64,000 nt of DNA from Oikopleura dioica (Eukaryota > Animalia > Chordata). Positions 60,137 through 64,000 of the stretch are shown here, piece by piece (within the stretch, counting starts at the first letter, position 1; every line of letters begins with the position of its first letter). The stretch lies in the NCBI GenBank assembly GCA_907165135.1, contig OU015566.1, forward strand, positions 7,688,001 through 7,752,000, in the 5' to 3' direction. The position numbers were made by a program, and so were the translations under genes. The notes below the pieces were generated by a model. That model saw only the letters and a program-made list of their open reading frames with translations, made no database searches and was not told where the DNA came from.

Positions 60137-62810
60137 TTCTGAATATCATATTCATTGATCGTAAATGTAGCTTTTTGTTTTATAAACTGGTGAATTTACA
60201 TTCGCTGACCTGGGAATCAATGGCTGTGAAAAGGGTTAATTATACGAATTTTGATATAACGGAGGTGCTTATTTTCGCTAGGTCAGCGTAACGTGACTTG
60301 GCGTGAACTGAAAATATTGGAAATTCGATGGAACTCATGTCGAACATAAATACGACTTTATTGATTTAGAGAATATTTAGAAGCAAGCAAGGGTTGCTGT
60401 TGATGCTCTTGGGGATCATTCCGAAGCAAGAAAAACGTAGATGTTTTCTTGGCTAATTCGATATGTTCATAAACTTCAAAGGGGTGACTTTGTTAGTTCA
60501 AGATCTCAATCTCAATGGAACTTGGTTTAAATTTCATGCTCAGATTTTAAGCGCTTTTTTCTCCAGAGTTCTCACTCCCAAACCCTTCAGAAGCAAGGCC
60601 CTTCTGTACGTATGGGCCTTATTATGACTTTGATTCGGAAACTCAGGGGCAAATAAGGGGAGATTTATCATTATTCAAGCTTTTTTCTCAACAGTGTATT
60701 TAAGATTTGAACTTTATTTTCGAACGAAACGGTACTAGCGAGTTTGATAATTTCTTCCATAAGATTTGTCCGGACATGATCGCAGCGATATCAAATCAGC
60801 CGAAGATTCAGAATTGTGGCTTACTCCGGCTGATCCCGGAAATGAAATAAATTCTTATATACCTGCACTGGAACTATTATCTTATCGGATATTTACTTAT
60901 TTGTCCGTAAATTGAGTAAACCACTTGCACGATACGCGGCTGATCCATTTTCATTCTTCAGAAGAAAGAGAAGTGCTTATCAAGCGGAAGGTTTAGGGTC
61001 ACAATAGCGGAAATACCACAATATTGGGAACAGATAAAAATGCATCTATTTAACAGAGTATTTAATAAGACAACAAAATAAACGGGAAAGGCTCAGAGTT
61101 CCCGTTTCCGAGTTATTTGTAAATTCCAGAGCTCGCTCCCTTTGCTTTCCTACAGTAACTTTGGGTAATCAAGTTGCTGGACAAAAGGCATTATCACACG
61201 TTTTCTAGCTGCGGGTGTTGTAATCTCCTCAAATCTGCCGTATTTGATCAGAGCACTGGCCGGAACTCGATTCCCCGCTGATGCGATTTTCTTTAACCCG
61301 TTCACCGCTCGTTTCTCTTCATTTCATCATTTTAACACCTCAACGAAAAACGGCCCTGCTAAAAGTCGACGAAGAATTTCTTGAACTTCTTTTTTGTAGC
61401 TTTGAAAATAGCTTGCCATATGTAAAAATTTGCGTTAAATCAACAATGAGCGCAAAGTTTATGCTTTTAGAAATCGTTGCTTGAGTTCAATGTGTACTTT
61501 AGTTGACTTGCTTTACCGAAAACATTATTTTAATCAACCCTTGTTTAAGTGTTTATTTGGCAGCTCAAATAAAAACAGAATTGACCTTTTTTTTTCTAAT
61601 AAATAATTTGAACTTAATTCGCTATTCAAATTGAGCCCCGTTAGAATTTTCTATTTTGACCGACAATTTTCTGATAGTAAATTTGTGTTTGCTTGAGTTG
61701 CCATTTGAAATGAATAATAGTAGAATAAAAACATTCCTGTTTTGCCAAAACCCCAATGGGGAAATAAAAAATACTCAAAATGGTAAATTGCATGTTTTCT
61801 TTTTTTTTTGATGATTTGTCAAAATTTATTTTTTGTTTTTTTTTATTTTTTGAGAAAGTTATTCAAGTAAGAATATTTAAGAGACAAAACTCACACCTTT
61901 CTCAGTAGAGCCCCCTAACTGATAATGAATAAACTCGTTGTTTGGGGAAAATCAACTCTCTCAGACCCTTTAATCTCGACACCTGTAAGATGCTGGTAGA
62001 AACGCGGCGAGGGGGCGAAGTTTTCGTGTAAAAATACGCGATACAGGTTCACGAAAAATTTTCTTGAAATACCGAGTGATTAAACTTATGTATTATTCAG
62101 CAGATTTTTTCATTACGGTCAGTGGTCGTTTTTCACCGAAAATTACGATTTTCACTTTGACAATAATCCAAGATAAGGACAACGGGTTAATCTCCTGACC
62201 AAACTAGTGCTCCTCTTTGAAAAAATTCTTTTTCGCTGAGCAAATTTTTCCTCTTCGCATTTTTTGTTACACATTTTGGCGGAATAAAAAGCGGCGATTA
62301 ATCTGATTTGCGGCTTTTGCTGTTGCATTTAACCGCGCTTGCCAAAATCCATCGGGAAAAAACGAATTTCGCCACGGATTTGCGGCCGCCCGGAAATCAT
62401 TTTCAGTAATTTTTCTTTATTGTTTATCACTGCTGATTTAGAAAGCTTGCAAACTGCGCTTCTGTATTCGGTAGAATGGATCAAGTTCAAAGAAGTGAAC
62501 TTCCGACAGTGAAGAGAAGATGCACGGCATAATCTTTGTCCGGGCGGGGTTTCGTCCCTTAGAATTCACCGAATTGTTATCGCTGAATTCTATAAGTGGC
62601 TTTTCTTTCAAATGAAAGGGATGATGAGATGTTTCGGTGGCAGCGCGGGCAGTTGTTGATATAACACTGCCCTAGAATCCAATTTTACTGGGCTGCGCTT
62701 TTTCGTACAAAAATTGTTTTTTATATCTTTCCCTTTTTATTGTTCTCAAATAAGAATGAGTCAGAAATGAAGAAATTACATTTTTACAGTTTGAAATTGA
62801 GAAATGAGAG

Positions 62811-63290
62811 TCAGTAAAGTTTCAAAATTTGGCTCTTTTGATAAGGCTGTCTGCAGATTGGGCATACTCTCGGATTTAATTTGTTCAAACAGGGATAGCA
62901 AAACATATGCCCACATATTGTGATGCACGATCTGTGTTGAATATTTTTGTTATATTTTGTATAACAGACCTTACAGGAAAAATCATCCTCTTGTGCTTTA
63001 TCGCAGTGTTGATAATGCTCAAAGAACTCTTCAAATGTAAGAGAAGCATTGCATGCAGCGTAGAAACATCTAAATCTCGCGGAGCGTAGGACCCAATCAT
63101 TCAGTGTCCAAGGCTCACAAGTGCACCAATCTTTGCGATGTTCAATAAACTTTGCACAATGTCTGCAAAAATAGTCGTATGATATTGAGTCGTGGCAACT
63201 GGGGCACACTTTATACGTTTCTTTCGTTATCACTCTTAAAAAGCCTGTCAATGATATAAGTGGCTCTTTACCTACAAGCAGCTTGGACAC
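62811..63290 (-). CDS. Intronless RING-HC protein with N-terminal Cys clusters and a C2HC-type finger
   Basis: 159-aa ORF containing CPSC...CRHC...CTC, then CFYAAC...HYQHC, then a C-terminal CKVC...CGHMFCYPC...CPICR. Confidence 0.85.
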   Translation of the reverse strand: MSKLLVGKEPLISLTGFLRVITKETYKVCPSCHDSISYDYFCRHCAKFIEHRKDWCTCEPWTLNDWVLRSARFRCFYAACNASLTFEEFFEHYQHCDKAQEDDFSCKVCYTKYNKNIQHRSCITICGHMFCYPCLNKLNPRVCPICRQPYQKSQILKLY

Positions 63291-64000
63291 GCTAATTTTT
63301 GATTAATCCCCATCAAATGTTTATTGGTTTCCGATTCAAAAAGATAGCTCACTGGAATCTCTCGTTTTTCAAAATCTACAACACCCTTTTTTCGTGACAT
63401 ATTCTAAGAGGAAATTCAATAAGAATTTTTCGAGCGAAAAATGGCCCCTCTTTTTATGAGCTCATCTGAAAGAGCATAAAAAAAGATAACTGTCATAGAA
63501 ACAGTTATTTGCGTGTTGATCCTACAGTAGGATTTCAAACTTCCATCGGACAACTATTTCTTCTTCTAAAAGGGTCCAACTCGCCGAAAATTTGCAAATT
63601 CAAAACGAGTCCTGTAAGAAAGCGTCGCGAGTTGTGTTCAGAATGTCGTGCATGCGCTTTTTAGATAGCATTAGTACTTTGCGCACCAAAAGGTGTGAAA
63701 ATGAGCAGTCGAAAAATGTTTCTAAATCCATTGAAAAATGCTACAATTGTTTTGACAAAAGACAATAGAATGAATGAGAATTTGACGTTTGCAGATTTTC
63801 GAATTTTTCGAAATCCAGTCGGGGTTGAGACAGTAATGATCCGTTGCGGTGCTTTTTGAATCCTTGTCTAAATAACAGTATTCACTCAAATTAGGGTTCT
63901 AGCTTTGGCGAGCCGTAGATTTGCGATTTATAGAGTTGCTGATTCAGAGATTCAGATCAATTTCAAATCAGAGCTACAGGGAAGTACTTTCGAGGAAATT

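Noticed and set aside
1-64000. tRNA, rRNA, snRNA or spliced-leader RNA genes
   Set aside because: By eye I saw no cloverleaf with A/B boxes, no rRNA-like tract and no match to the Oikopleura SL sequence as I recall it. A tRNAscan/Infernal run would be needed to exclude them fully.

Overview
Eukaryotic, gene-dense, AT-rich window. Many introns are about 35-50 nt and several need GA donors, which points to the appendicularian tunicate Oikopleura dioica or a close relative (inference from sequence features, no database search run). I reconstructed spliced genes by hand. Well-supported genes: a secreted Cys-rich/Kelch-like protein, a catalytically dead sPLA2-like protein, a RING/zinc-finger/coiled-coil E3, Wnt5, PAS kinase, a very large extracellular protein (sushi + acidic/mucin linker + about 23 FN3 repeats + C-terminal Ly6/uPAR domain), an orphan 7TM receptor, an F-BAR/SH3 protein, a four-pass membrane protein with Ser-Gly motifs and an intronless RING gene. 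The 52-58 kb region holds small orphan genes, two of them built from an internally duplicated domain I do not recognise. Two hAT-type MITEs have perfect 8-bp target-site duplications. Several genes carry single-base frameshifts at homopolymer runs, most likely long-read assembly errors. I saw no rRNA, tRNA, SL RNA, CRISPR array or intact transposase. Exon boundaries are manual predictions.
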